Below are positions 27,396-40,088 of a DNA stretch of 64,000 nt, in pieces. Numbering within the stretch: position 1 is the stretch's first letter; each line of letters opens with the position of its first letter. The notes under the pieces are model-generated. The model was given only the letters and a program-made list of their open reading frames with translations. It was not told the origin of the DNA and searched no databases. The translations under genes were made by a program, and so were the position numbers. Where the stretch lies: contig NC_043004.1 of the NCBI RefSeq assembly GCF_006345805.1, positions 96,162,001 to 96,226,000 of the forward strand, in the 5' to 3' direction. The DNA is from Octopus sinensis (lineage: Eukaryota).

Positions 27396-27555
27396 ACGGG
27401 CTTCTTTCAGTTTCCATTTGCCAAATCCACTCACAAGGCTTTGGCCAGCCCAAAGCTATAGTAGAAGACACTTGCCCAAATTACCATGCAGTGGGACTGA
27501 ACCTGGAACCATGTAGATGGTAAGCAAGCTACTTACCACACAGCCACTCCTGCGC
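27158..27555 (-). mobile_element. SINE family A nested in the RTE remnant
   Basis: Reverse complement of the 12311 element. Confidence 0.92.
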
Positions 27556-28019
27556 ACTTCTCCTTTCTGTTAAGAAAATTCGTAAGAAAAGATATGAACT
27601 GTATATGGTTTTTTAAAAATCTGAACAAAGCATTCAGCAATGTCAGCAGAAATGCTCTCTGGATAGTTCTAAAAACAAAAACAAAATTGGTGTACCTGAT
27701 AAAATGCTCAACGTCATCATTTCAATTCATGCAGGAATGAAAAGAAATCTGTTTTAGCAGACAGTAAACTGTTACACACTTTTGACATTTTGAACAGCGC
27801 AGAACAGGGTTGTGTCATAACCTCAGGACTTTTGCACTGTTCTTTTCAGCCATGTTGCACCATGCATATACGGTGATTTCTATTCAGGTGTACAATTCCA
27901 ATTTCATACCAGTAATAGACTTCTTTAAAGCTGAAATGCTCATCTGAGTAGGCAATAGTATGTGACTTCTTGTTTGCTAATGATGTTTTTCACTTGTTAC
28001 AATATCCAACAAAGAAGCA

Positions 28020-28820
28020 CATCATCATCATCATCACCATCACCACCACCATCACCACCACCACCACCACCACCACCACCACCACCACCACCGCCATCAT
28101 CACCATCATCATCATTTAGCGTCCATTTTCTATGCTGGCATGGGTTAGATGGTTTGACTGGAACTGGTAAGCCAGAGATCTGCTCCAGGTTCTAGTCTGA
28201 TTTTGGCTTGGTTTCTATGGCTGAATGCCCTTTCTAACACCAACTACTCCAAGGGTTTAGTGGGTGCTTTTTATGTGTCCCCATCACACGTGCTATTTAT
28301 TTGTCACCTGCACAGGTGTTGTTACATGTCACCAGCATGGATACCTTTAATATATCACCAGCATGGATGCCTTTTACATGTCACCAACATGAGTGCTTTT
28401 ATGTATCACCATCAGGGGTACCTTTTTCATGTCACTGGCTCAGGTGCCTTCTATGTGCCACTTGCATAGGTGCCTTTAATGTGTCACTAGCATAGGAGCC
28501 TTTTACATGCCACTGGCATGGGTGCCTTTAATATGTCACTGGCACGGGCACTTTTTACATGTCACCAACACAGGTGCCTTTAATGTATCACTGACACAGG
28601 TGCCTTTTATGTGTCACCAGCACAGGAGCCCTTTACATGTCATCAGTACAGGTGCCTTTTATGTGTCACCTGCCAGAATATGTACCTTTTACATGTCACT
28701 GGCACATGTGCTGTTTACGTGTCACCAGAAGGAGTGCCTTTAATGTATCACTGACACAGGTCCCTTTTATGTGTCACTAGCATGGGTGCCTTTTATATGT
28801 CACCGGCACTGGCCACTACT
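28020..28820 (-). mobile_element. RTE LINE 3' tail with an expanded ~24-bp minisatellite
   Basis: (CAT/CAC)n tail, conserved tail body, then about 20 copies of tgtcaccagcatgggtgccttttaca-like units (28260-28810). Confidence 0.85.
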
Positions 28821-29587
28821 ACAGGATCTTGTTAATCTCTTCCCCAATGCAAGTTAAGCTTTCAGTTTCACTATCAACATTAAAAACACCAAAGTTATCT
28901 CGCAGCCAAATCCAATGCTAATCCTCAAACAAATCAGACATATAAAGCAACAGCAACCATGACAAAACCTGAAATATATAAAAACATTCACATATCTAGG
29001 GATATGTAAGAGTCAGTAAAAGGAAAATTGCCCCTCTGTAAAACAATGCCTCAATAATATATTCATCTAACCCATTCTAGCATGGAAAATGGACATAAAA
29101 AATAAAGAAATAAATCTAAACCTCCCACACTCTCCCCTCTTTTCTCTTTTTTTTCTGTTGCTTCACATCTGTAGCTAAATACTCCTTTCACTTTCACTTT
29201 CTCTCTCTCTCTCTCTCTCTCTCCTCACTTATATGCGTCTTATTCGCCATAATCTCTATCATCTTTCATAGAATTATCTTGTTGCCATTTCTACAATCTA
29301 TTTAATTATCAAAGTCAGCTTGTCTTTATATCTTTTGTATTTGCATGTGTGTGTATGTGTATGTGTTTGTGTGCACATGTGTGTATGTGTGTGCATGCGT
29401 GCGTGCATGTGTATGAGTGTGTGCATGTGATCAAGTGCATATTGAAGTAAAGGTTGTGTGTTCTTGTGTGTCTTTTCTACGTTTGTATAAGGAAGAAACA
29501 AAGTGAAGTTGACTTACAAAGCCACAATGCAGACACAATACATTTCACTAGAAAAGTAACTATGAACAAAAACTGGTACAAGTTAGA

Positions 29588-29900
29588 GATGATGATGGTG
29601 GTGGTGGTGGTGGAAGTGGTGGTGGTGGTGGTGATGGTGGTGGTGGTGGTGGTAGTGGTAGTGGTGGTAGTGGTGGTGGTGATGGTGGCGGTCGTGGTGG
29701 TGATGGTGGTGGTGGTGGTTGGTGGTGGTGGTGGTGGTGGTGGAAGTGGTGGCGTTATAGTGGTAGAGATGAAGAAGATGATGAAGATGATGATTATGAT
29801 GATGCTGATAGTTATGGTGATGATGATAATGGTAAGGATTTGATGACGACGACGATGATGATGATGATGACAACGATGACAACGATGGCGATGATCATTA
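29588..29900. repeat. (GGT)n/(GAT)n/(GAC)n compound microsatellite
   Basis: Seen directly; explains the poly-V and poly-H ORFs. Confidence 0.95.
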
Positions 29901-30215
29901 TGAGGAACATCTTGAAGTCTTTAAATGGTTAAAAATGCTGGACTCCTCATTAATTTTCCTATCTTTGGTACATTGTTTTTCTTTTTTTTTCTTGTACATT
30001 ACTTAGCTTCATTAAAAAAACACGATTACAAACAAAAGCCTTCAAATTTTTAAAAGATTACTTTAAGTATTTCACGGATGAAGGGTTTATTAACTGTTAA
30101 TAAAATGAAAACAAATCAAATTTACACACTTGGAAAACTTTTCTATCTATTAACGGTACACAATAATAAAAATGCATTGAAGGCACTAACACGCATACGC
30201 ACTAAGTCACAGGAT

Positions 30216-30256
<41 letters not shown>

Positions 30257-30984
30257 TACGCATTCACAGGATGGATGTTTGTCTTGAAATATTTGTACCT
30301 CTGGCCAATTCTCCTTTCTAAGTCATGTTATAAAATAACTTTTAGAAAATGTAACATTGTTCTTTCCCACCTACCCACCCATCCACTTCATCCCCCCCTC
30401 CTTCAAAGATACACATTTTGTTAGTCGTGAAGATTTCTATCACATGGCAAACGCACAGCCTTTGATAATTCGGTTATGTTTGTTGCATGTGTGGTTGCTG
30501 CTGCATGTAAATTGTCTTTTGTCAACAAACAAATAAGAGCTAAATTTAATTTGATATAAAGTCTGATGAAAGACTTTTGCTGAACTTATTGCTGAAGGTA
30601 ATGACAGATCATGTGTTTGAGCAGCCACATAATTTAACTATCCATATACTCTATAATGGCTTTTGAAATTAGTGTGACAGTGTTTGTGTGTGTGTATATG
30701 TATGTGTTTACGTGAATGTATGTTTGTATGGACTCACTTGCATAAACAGTTTCAAAGCATTGGTATAAAGTACATCTCTAAGAAACACAACAGCCACTTC
30801 GGTTGCATACAGTTCATGTCTGTCACGGTGCTTATTCCATCATGCTTTTTATAGATTATGAATTTTTATTGTAGGCCATCCTTCTCACATAGTCTACTCA
30901 GCATCACAAAGACTGGGTCTTTCACTCAGAGCTATGAAATAATTAGCCACAAACTATATTAATTGGTATTCCATTGGTTATGAT

Positions 30985-31400
30985 TATTTCTTTACTACCC
31001 ACAAGGGGCTAAACATAGAGGGGACAAACAAAGACAGACAAAGGGATTAAGTTGATTACATCGACCCCAGTGCGAAAGTGGTACTTTATTTATCGACCCC
31101 GAAAGGATGAAAGGCAAAGTCGACCTCGGCGAATTTGAACTCAGAACGTAATGACAGACGAAATACCTATTTCTTTATTACCCACAAGGGGCTAAACATA
31201 GAGGGGACAAACAAAGACAGACAAAGGGATTAAGTTGATTATATCGACCCCAGTGCGAAACTGGTACTTTATTTATCGACCCCAAAAGGATGAAAGGCAA
31301 AGTCGACCTCGGCAGAATTTGAACTCAGAACATAACGACAGACGAAATGGCGCTAAGCATTTCGTCCGGCACGCTAACGATTCTACCAGCTTGCCGCCAT
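30985..31400 (-). mobile_element. SINE family C with tandemly duplicated 3' part
   Basis: A ~180-bp block tatttcttta(c/t)tacccacaaggggct...cagacgaaat occurs twice. Confidence 0.9.
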
Positions 31401-31831
31401 TGGTTATGATGATGAGGGTTCCAGTTAATCTGCTCAATGGAACAGCCTACTCATGAAATTAAAGTGCAGGTGGCTGAGCACTTCACAGGCATGTGTACTT
31501 TTAATGTAGTTCTCAGGGAGATTCAACATGATATAGAATATGACTAAGCTGGTCCTTTAAATTACTGGTACAATTAATCATGGCTAGCTGAGTGCAGGGG
31601 AGCAATGTAGAATAAAGTGTTTTGCTTAAACACACAATACACCACAAAGAATTGAACTTGTGACGTTACGATCATGAGCCAAATACCCTAACCACTAAAC
31701 TACACTTCTTCACAAACTATATAAATGATCTACAATTACCATTAGCTGGGACTTTACTGCAATAACATTCACTTGCAGTCTGGAGTGTGTTTTCAAAAGA
31801 GACTATTAAACATAATTTCATCACTAATATT

Positions 31832-32200
31832 TGTGGCTGTTGGGTAAGTAGCTTGCTTATCAACCACATCGTGCCAGGTTCAGTCCCACTGCATGGCACC
31901 TTGGGTAAGAGTCTTCTACTAAAGCCTCAGGCTGGCCAATGCCTTGTGAGTGGATATGGTAGATGGAAACTGAAAGAAGTCCATTGTATATGTGTGTGTG
32001 TGTGTTTGTGTGTCTGTGTTTGTCCCCCACCCCACCAACATCGATTGACAACTGATGCTGGTGCATTTATGTCCCCATAACTTAGTGGCTTGGCAAAAGA
32101 GCCTAGGCTTACAAAGAATAAGTCCTGGGGTCAATTTACTCAACTAAAGGCAGTGGTCCAGCATGGCCGCAGTCAAATGACTGAAACAAGTAAAAGAATA
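31832..32200 (+). mobile_element. SINE family A (diverged)
   Basis: Homology to the 12311 copy. Confidence 0.88.
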
Positions 32201-32420
32201 GAAAATATATTCCGATAACCAGCCTACCACTAAGTTGTGTTCCCTTCTGTGTCTGCCCTACCATTTCTAAAATAGTATGTATTCCTATTTTGCGAACTGG
32301 TTTGACTGATTTTATCCTCTCAACACTATTACTGAATAACATTTACTAAACTTTACTCTAAGTTTCTTTACCCAATTTTTCTCTTTAAAAAAGTGTCTAC
32401 ATGATCTTCTTTAAGAATTA

Positions 32421-32985
32421 TCGGGTTGTCCGGAAAGTTCGTGCCAATATTTAAAGGAAAATAAAGGTCAATAAATACTTACCATTACATTTTTAATCAA
32501 CCAAATATGAACCATTTTGTTGCACAATGTGTCTCCATCTTTCCTTTAACTTGAAAATACCCTCTTCCTAGATTTGGGGTGGTTTCATGGCAAAGAATTC
32601 ATCAATATATCTTTTTATGCCATCCAAGGAATTGAAATTTTTACCATTAAGACTATTCTGCAGAGACCTGAATGAGTGGAAATCTGAAGGAGCAATATCT
32701 GGTGAATATGGAGGGTGGGGTAACACATCCCAGCTGAGTTGCAGAAATTTTTTTCTGGTTCCCAAAGCATCAAGTGCCGAAAATGAACTTTCTTATCTTC
32801 TGTTTTAAAGGGTTACAGAATTGACACAGGTTATAGGAACACAAATCTTCTTCCTCGAAAAGATAGCTTAAACTGTGCTCTAAATGGAGGTGTAGTCAAA
32901 TCTTATTTTATGGACTCAACCATGTTCTAAAATAAGTCAAAATGTAAGCTACTATGAATCGGCACAAACTTTCCAGACAACCCAA
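32421..32985 (-). mobile_element. mariner internal-deletion derivative with both TIRs and TA TSD
   Basis: TA|tcgggttgtccggaaagttcgtgcc ... ggcacaaactttccagacaacccaa|TA; peptide WDVLPHPPYSPDIAPSDFHSFRSLQNSL. Confidence 0.93.
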
Positions 32986-34120
32986 TAGCATATCTTTCAA
33001 ATTCTATATTCTGAAGCTCATATTTATGAATCTCCTTAAACTTATATTTTGGTACTCTGTCTATGAGGTCTCAAAACACTTTTGAGTTACCTGTTCCATT
33101 TAACTAAGTTTATAATTATACTTACTTTATCCAATAAATAAAGATGTAAATGTATGTAAAGTCTGTGGCAGGCATTCCTCTCTGGTATATATTAATTCTT
33201 GCACTTGTATCTATCATGCTTTCAATTTATCCTTAGTGAGATGTGATGCAGCTTCCATCAGTTAAGGATGGTCATGCTAATGAGAACGTATAAGCAGACC
33301 TGAGCATGACTTTTTGAGGAAGATTGGCCATTACTCAAACGATTCTCCATTATCCAATCCACCAAATTATATCGAAAGGAAAGACCACCAACTTGGGGCC
33401 AATGCAGCTTGGCATCATTGTCATTGCAGGTGTTGTTATCAGAATGCAAACAGTCAGATATCTTGCTTGACCCTCTGTAACACTTCTGCTAATCCATCTC
33501 ACTGATAAGCCGAAATACAATCTAAAATCTCACAGATTTGTTATAATTATGTTAATGAAATATCACTAATTAAGACTTCCCTTTGTGATTCATCACCAAT
33601 ATAATTACACGTAATAATTATACGACTAATTATACAAGATAATCAAAACAAAGAAAATTTTTCATGTTTTAGGGTTTCTCAAGTTTTAGAAATGGCAGTC
33701 AAATCTCCTGTAAACAACACCCTAACATCATTAGAAGGACACATTAGATAATGTAATTCTAGGAAACACTGTTTGAATAGATGACAGGATGGTCATGAAA
33801 ACATCGATTTTGATCAGAATACCTGCTCATTCAGAGATTACTTGGGGCTATAGCACCATCCAAATTTCACAGAATCTAGCCTTAACTTCATAGATCTGCA
33901 ATAACTTTATATTTTGCCTATGGACATATCACAATGCCAGTGATGTGATATGAACTGGAAGATTTCAAGCTGAAAAGTTGTCACCTTTTTCTATGAAATA
34001 ATTCAGTTTTTACTTAAAATTCAACACAACCTACATACACCTAAGCAAAAACATTTTTTCTTAGGCCTAGTCTACCCATACAAATTATGCATTTATTGTC
34101 TTCTTTGGAGTGCAACCACA

Positions 34121-34155
<35 letters not shown>

Positions 34156-34301
34156 CTATATGTACATATTTACATTCATACATACATACAGATATACATA
34201 TATATATATATATATAACCAAATCCAAAAATGAAATATATATATATGCATATGTATATATATTCCTCACACACAAACACACATATATATATACATATATA
34301 T

Positions 34302-34377
<76 letters not shown>

Positions 34378-35132
34378 TATATATATATACATATATATAC
34401 ATATATATATATATATACATACATATATATATAATATATATATATATAATGTTTTTCCTCTTTGAAAATATACATAGGTATATGTGCCTGCATAGATGTA
34501 CACACACACGAACACAAACACACAAACACACACACAAACACGCAAACACACACACACACACACATGTATTAGTGTCTCTGATTTCATCTCACAGTTTTTC
34601 TTCTATATTCCATTACGTGCCTCATTGTTTTCCTCTGTCATCAGTTACTTAACAACATTCTTTCCACTTAATTTCTTTCAATCCATTGCTGAAAGAAATA
34701 ATGGAAAATCTTCTGCTTGAATAACTGAGTGAAAAAGACAAATATATTTCTCTATTTAATTTTACTGCCTTTATTTTTTTTCAGACGTAAGATTAAGCAT
34801 AGATTTGCATAAATGACTCTATATGCAAATAATATTACTCTGCAAAATTGTCTTTGGATAATTCGGCAGAAGCTTTTGAAAAGGAATTATTGTGAAAGAT
34901 GATTTTCTTTCATAGTATCTTTAACTTCAGACAAAACTAATGGCTTTCATTTAAGACAAAACTATTATTCAGTTGATAGACAGACAAAAAAATAAGGATA
35001 TATATATATGCATACAGATACATACATATATGTAATATATATATATGCATTCATATATATACATATATATAATATATACATACAGATATATATATATATA
35101 TAATATATATATATATAATATATATATATATA

Positions 35133-35209
<77 letters not shown>

Positions 35210-35296
35210 CATATACGTATATATACATACATGTACACACACAAACACACTCATAATATATATGTATGTATGCATGAATGTATGTATAATACATAC

Positions 35297-35327
<31 letters not shown>

Positions 35328-35336
35328 ATATATATC

Positions 35337-35463
<127 letters not shown>

Positions 35464-35912
35464 GGTAAAGATGTGTAAATTTTCCTCTGAAGTGTGTTGT
35501 CACTTTGCTCTAATTGTATTCTTCACCATTTCAAATGTTATGTATAGGAGAGAGAACTCAACAGCATTAGCCATTCCCATATCCCTGTTCTCTTCTCCAA
35601 CACTTTTTGTTTTTATTTGACCTAATGAAATAACTCTTAAGTGCTCTGGGCAGTATCTTTTTGGTTCTATGTGTATAAATGTATATATTAGTACTACACG
35701 TGAAACTCTTGACCCTTAAATCACTTATGTAACTTTATAGTCGTGTTGTTAAGAAGTTTGCTTCCCAACAACCTGGTTTCAGATTCAGGTCCCAAATGTG
35801 AGGTCCTGGGTTGGTGTCTTTTCTACAATCCTGGGCTGATCAAAGTCTTGTAAATGGATTCAGTAGATAGAATGGGAAAGATGCTCTTTATGTATATATG
35901 TGGAGTATATAT

Positions 35913-36323
35913 GCGCAGGAGTGGCTGTGTGGTAAGTAGCTTGTTTACCAACCACATGGTTCCAGGTTCAGTCCCACTGCGTGGCACCTTGGGCAAGTGT
36001 CTTCTACTATAGCCTCGGGCCGACCAAAGCCTTGTGAGTGGATTTGGTAGACGGAAACTGAAAAGAAGCCCGTCGTATATATGTATATATATATATATAT
36101 GCGTGTGTGTGTTTGTGTGTCTGTGTTTGCCCCCCTAGCATTGCTTGACAACTGATGCTGGTGTGTTTATGTCCCTGTTACTTAGCGGTTCGGCAAAAGA
36201 GACCGATAGAATAAGTACTGGGCTTACAAAAGAATAAGTCCCGGGGTCGAGTTGCTCGATTAAAGGCGGTGCTCCAGCATTGCCACAGTCAAATGACTGA
36301 AACAAGTAAAAGAGTAAAAGAGT
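35913..36323 (+). mobile_element. SINE family A, full length
   Basis: Head, body and gtaaaagagtaaaagagt tail intact. Confidence 0.94.
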
Positions 36324-36820
36324 ATGTGTATATGTGTACATATATAAACCAAGCCAAAATAATCAACTGAAGTCTGGTGTAGTTCTCTGGCTTACCAACT
36401 CCTGTCGAGCTGTCTAACTCATACCAGCATGGAAAACATCCATTAAACAATGACGACGATGATGATGATGATGATGTAGTCAATTCTGAACTTGTGAGCA
36501 TTACAGTACGTCACTACTTGAATGTTATGCTGGTGACAGCTACAAAATATCATATAAACAAACAGTACCTTGAAATCTATAAACTCCCTGAGGCAACAGC
36601 AAATGTTAAATTATGTCACCCTTCCATAGAAGACATAACACAACTAAACAACAAGCCGAAAATGTCATAGAACCACTACATTCCATTGTTACATGATGTT
36701 TTTACTAAAGCATTATACAATGTCATCCACAGAAAAGTCTGCTCTGGTGTAGCCTTCTTGTTTTGTCTTACATTTTCTCAAAGACCAGCTTCCTGGTTGT
36801 CAAATAGGTCTAACAATATA

Positions 36821-37201
36821 GAAGCACTCGTCGGTTACGACGACGAGGGTTCCGGTTGATCCGATCAACGGAACAGCCTGCTCGTGAAATTAACGTGTAA
36901 GTGGCTGAGCACTCCACAGACACGTGTACCCTTAACGCAGTTCTCGGGGAATTCAGCGTGACACAGAGAGTGACAAGGCCGGCTCTTTGAAATACAGGTA
37001 CAACAGAAACAGGAAGTAAGAGTGAGAGAAAGTTGTGGTGAAAGAGTACAACAGGGATCACCACCATCCCCTGCCGGAGCCTCGTGGAGCTTTAGGTGTT
37101 TTCGCTCAATAAACACTCACAATGCCCGGTCTGGGAATCAAAACCACGATCCTATGACCGCGAGTCCGCTGCCCTGACCACTGGGCCATTGTGCCTCCAC
37201 C
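36821..37201 (-). mobile_element. SINE family B, full length, 14-bp TSD
   Basis: TSD ggtctaacaatata at 36807-36820 and 37202-37215. Confidence 0.94.
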
Positions 37202-37405
37202 GGTCTAACAATATACACTCAGTCTGAAGTATTGCTTGTAGTCGCAAGACGCATTATACAAATATACTGAATTAGAGTTTCCACAGCATGAAATTATTAG
37301 TGGCTCATATTTAGATATGGTGTGTATCATGTGATATTTATCTCTTACTGGATGGAATAATTCATTGTTATCTTACAATGGAACGATAAACTATATATGT
37401 ATATA

Positions 37406-37821
37406 CAGGAGTGGCTGTGTGGTAAGTAGCTTGCTTACCAATCACATGGTTCCGGGTTCAGTCCCACTGCGTGGCATCTTGGGCAAGTGTCTTCTACTAT
37501 AGCCTCGGGCCAACCAAAGCCTTGTGAGTGGATTTGGTAGACGGGAACTGAAAGAAGCCCATCGTATACAACCATATATATATATATGTGTGTGTGTATG
37601 TTTGTGTGTCTGTGTTTGTCCCCCTAGCATTGCATGACAACCGATGCTGGTGTGTTTACGTCCCCATCACTTAGCGGTTCGGCAAAAGAGACCGATAGAA
37701 TAAGTACTGGGCTTACAAAAGAATAAGTCCCGGGGTCGATTTGCTCGACTAAAGTTGGTGCTCCAGCATGGCCGCAGTCAAATGACTGAAACAAGTAAAA
37801 GAGTAAAAGAGTAAAAGAGTA
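37406..37821 (+). mobile_element. SINE family A, full length
   Basis: Homology to other copies; three tail repeats. Confidence 0.94.
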
Positions 37822-37822
37822 A

Positions 37823-37878
<56 letters not shown>

Positions 37879-37884
<6 letters not shown>

Positions 37885-38084
37885 AGGGTGCTGAAAGTTC
37901 TTAGCTTAGAGTAAAAGAAAACACAGGAAGATCAGTTAATAAGGATTTCATTCAACATATTCTTCTCAGATTCATACAATTATTGCAGTAGTCCTTCAGT
38001 TTTTCTAAGCCCTGTAAAAGAACTTGGAAGTTCGGGCCTTTCATGATACCTTTAGAGACAGGAACTTTTCAGCACACCCTCTTA
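37879..38084. mobile_element. mariner-type MITE
   Basis: Ends agggtgctgaaagttc / gaacttttcagcacaccctc..ta. Confidence 0.65.
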
Positions 38085-38110
38085 TATCTATCTAACTATA
38101 TCTATATTTA

Positions 38111-38183
<73 letters not shown>

Positions 38184-38340
38184 GTTGTCTCAATGGTCTT
38201 GTGGGTAAAGTCATGGATACAACAACACATGAACCTCTTTAACAAAGGTTCAATCTTTGTAAAAGTAGTCAGTGTTTTTTCTACAGCGGTGGTGCCACAG
38301 CATGGCTGCAGCCTTCGGGCTAAAACATTTTTAAGGATTT
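38184..38340 (+). mobile_element. short retroposon: tRNA-like head, T-run, shared cUUCGg-hairpin tail
   Basis: A-box-like tggtcttgtgg, B-box-like ggttcaatc in a hairpin, TTTTTT, then a tail nearly identical to 60092-60157. Confidence 0.65.
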
Positions 38341-38353
38341 ATGTATATATATA

Positions 38354-38394
<41 letters not shown>

Positions 38395-38580
38395 ATATAT
38401 ATATATGTATATGTTTCGTTTTGGGATTTGGTTTGCAAGATTCTTTATGCAAGTTCGTGTGTTGACACAACAGTATATATATATATATATATATATGTGA
38501 TCAACATGTGATCTCTTGAGCACCACCAGCTCAAATATTTTTTCCTCTGTCTTCCCTTCTTGCGATCTTTCCTTCTCCTT

Positions 38581-38615
38581 GTTTCCGACGAAGAGCTCCG
38601 CTCGAAACGTTAAAC
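38581..38615 (+). ncRNA. minimal type-I hammerhead, U4C core variant, in a ~240-bp repeat
   Basis: GTTT-CCGACGA-a-GAGC-tcc-GCTC-GAA-ACGT-T-AAAC; helices I and II pair fully and helix III is the palindrome ACGT. Confidence 0.75.
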
Positions 38616-39917
38616 CCTCCTTCCCTTCTTTCCTGAGCGTCAATAATACTTTAATTGTTCCACGTCCTGCGTTGCTGTGTGTTTTTTTTCTTTTATTTTT
38701 TTCTCTTTTTTTCTGTGTTTTCTTGTTTGGATTAACTTTATATATATATATATATGTTTGTATATATAAAATATATGTGCTCAGCGAATAATTATTTGTT
38801 TTGTTCCAAAATAATTTAATGTATTATAGCCTCTAAAATATAAGGGTCAGTTTTAAGATACAACTTGCAGATACTTTGGGATGCATCATCAGTGATGTTT
38901 TGGGGGGTTTCAGTGAGTTTGGTGTCTTTCAACATCAATCACACTTGCCCAGTTGACCCAGCTGGGGGTGACCAAGTCCCAACTTGTGTTTCTATAGCAG
39001 CAAACCACTGGTCTTTCTTATTTATTCAAAGCCACTTAGTGACATTCTCTGCTGCTAAGTGATGGGACTTATAACCCTTCTCTTTGCTGCACTGGTAACA
39101 GTTGAGTTTTATTCAGCTTTGGGACCTTCTTTAGAACTAATTCGTTAATTCCATCACGATTGAATGTTCCATCTTATTTTCCTGAAATATGCTATGCGAT
39201 AACCAATCTCTTACACAGGCAGACAGCAACCAAGTGGAATTAGTAGTATGTTATTGATTCTAATGGGATTTGAACTTAAATTACAGTATTATTTAACTTC
39301 ATTATTGATAGACATTTATACAAACAGCCCACTTTTCCATTTCTTAATCTGTCTGAAAGAAGATTAAGATGACCACAGCTAATCAATCAATAATATCAAA
39401 ACAAATATCAAGACCTTTAATTAGTCATTGTCATATCTTCAGGAATGTTACTTAATAATTAAGGTTTTAATTTCCCGTTTCATATCTGTAATGAGCATTT
39501 GTTTACAGTTATTATAATCCACCATATTAATCCATCTGTCTATTAGCTCTCAGTATGCTATAACTGTCTTAGACATAAGCAGAATATTAACATGCTGTGA
39601 ATTTGATGTAAGCTTCATCAAACTTAAAACATTAATTGGAACAGGACTGTCTAAGAGATGTAAAGGTTGTCTCCAAAATGGTAGAATTTACTTTGTTTCA
39701 TTTCACTATAATAATTCTGTTTTGCAAATTTTGTTACTTGATTATTGCTGATGCATTCTGTCACTGGTTTCATTAAACACTAGTATTTTTCTTAGCTAAT
39801 TAGGTAATTTTATGTATATGTGCATATGTTTGTGTACATGTATCTGTGTGTATAGGCATAAGTATATAGTCTACATGTCTATGTATATCTGTGTGTGTGT
39901 ATATATATATATATATA

Positions 39918-39948
<31 letters not shown>

Positions 39949-40055
39949 CATATGTATATATGTGTGTCATCATCATCATCATCATTTAGCGTCCGCTTTC
40001 CATGCTAGCATGGGTTGTATATAAATATAAATATAAATATAAATATATATATATG

Positions 40056-40088
<33 letters not shown>

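Larger units (their letters stand above)
26220..28990 (+). pseudogene. old RTE/BovB-like LINE reverse transcriptase with two nested insertions
   Basis: Motifs in order: KHQDWFDD, PESQCGFR, LNKAFSNVSR, EQGCVI, LFAND, FTINIKNTKV; interrupted at about 27158-27555 and 28020-28820. Confidence 0.88.

Noticed and set aside
34770-34792. Polypyrimidine-CAG-AC-GTAAGA as a microexon or recursive splice site
   Set aside because: A 2-nt exon would shift frame and it is not the CAG|GT recursive consensus.
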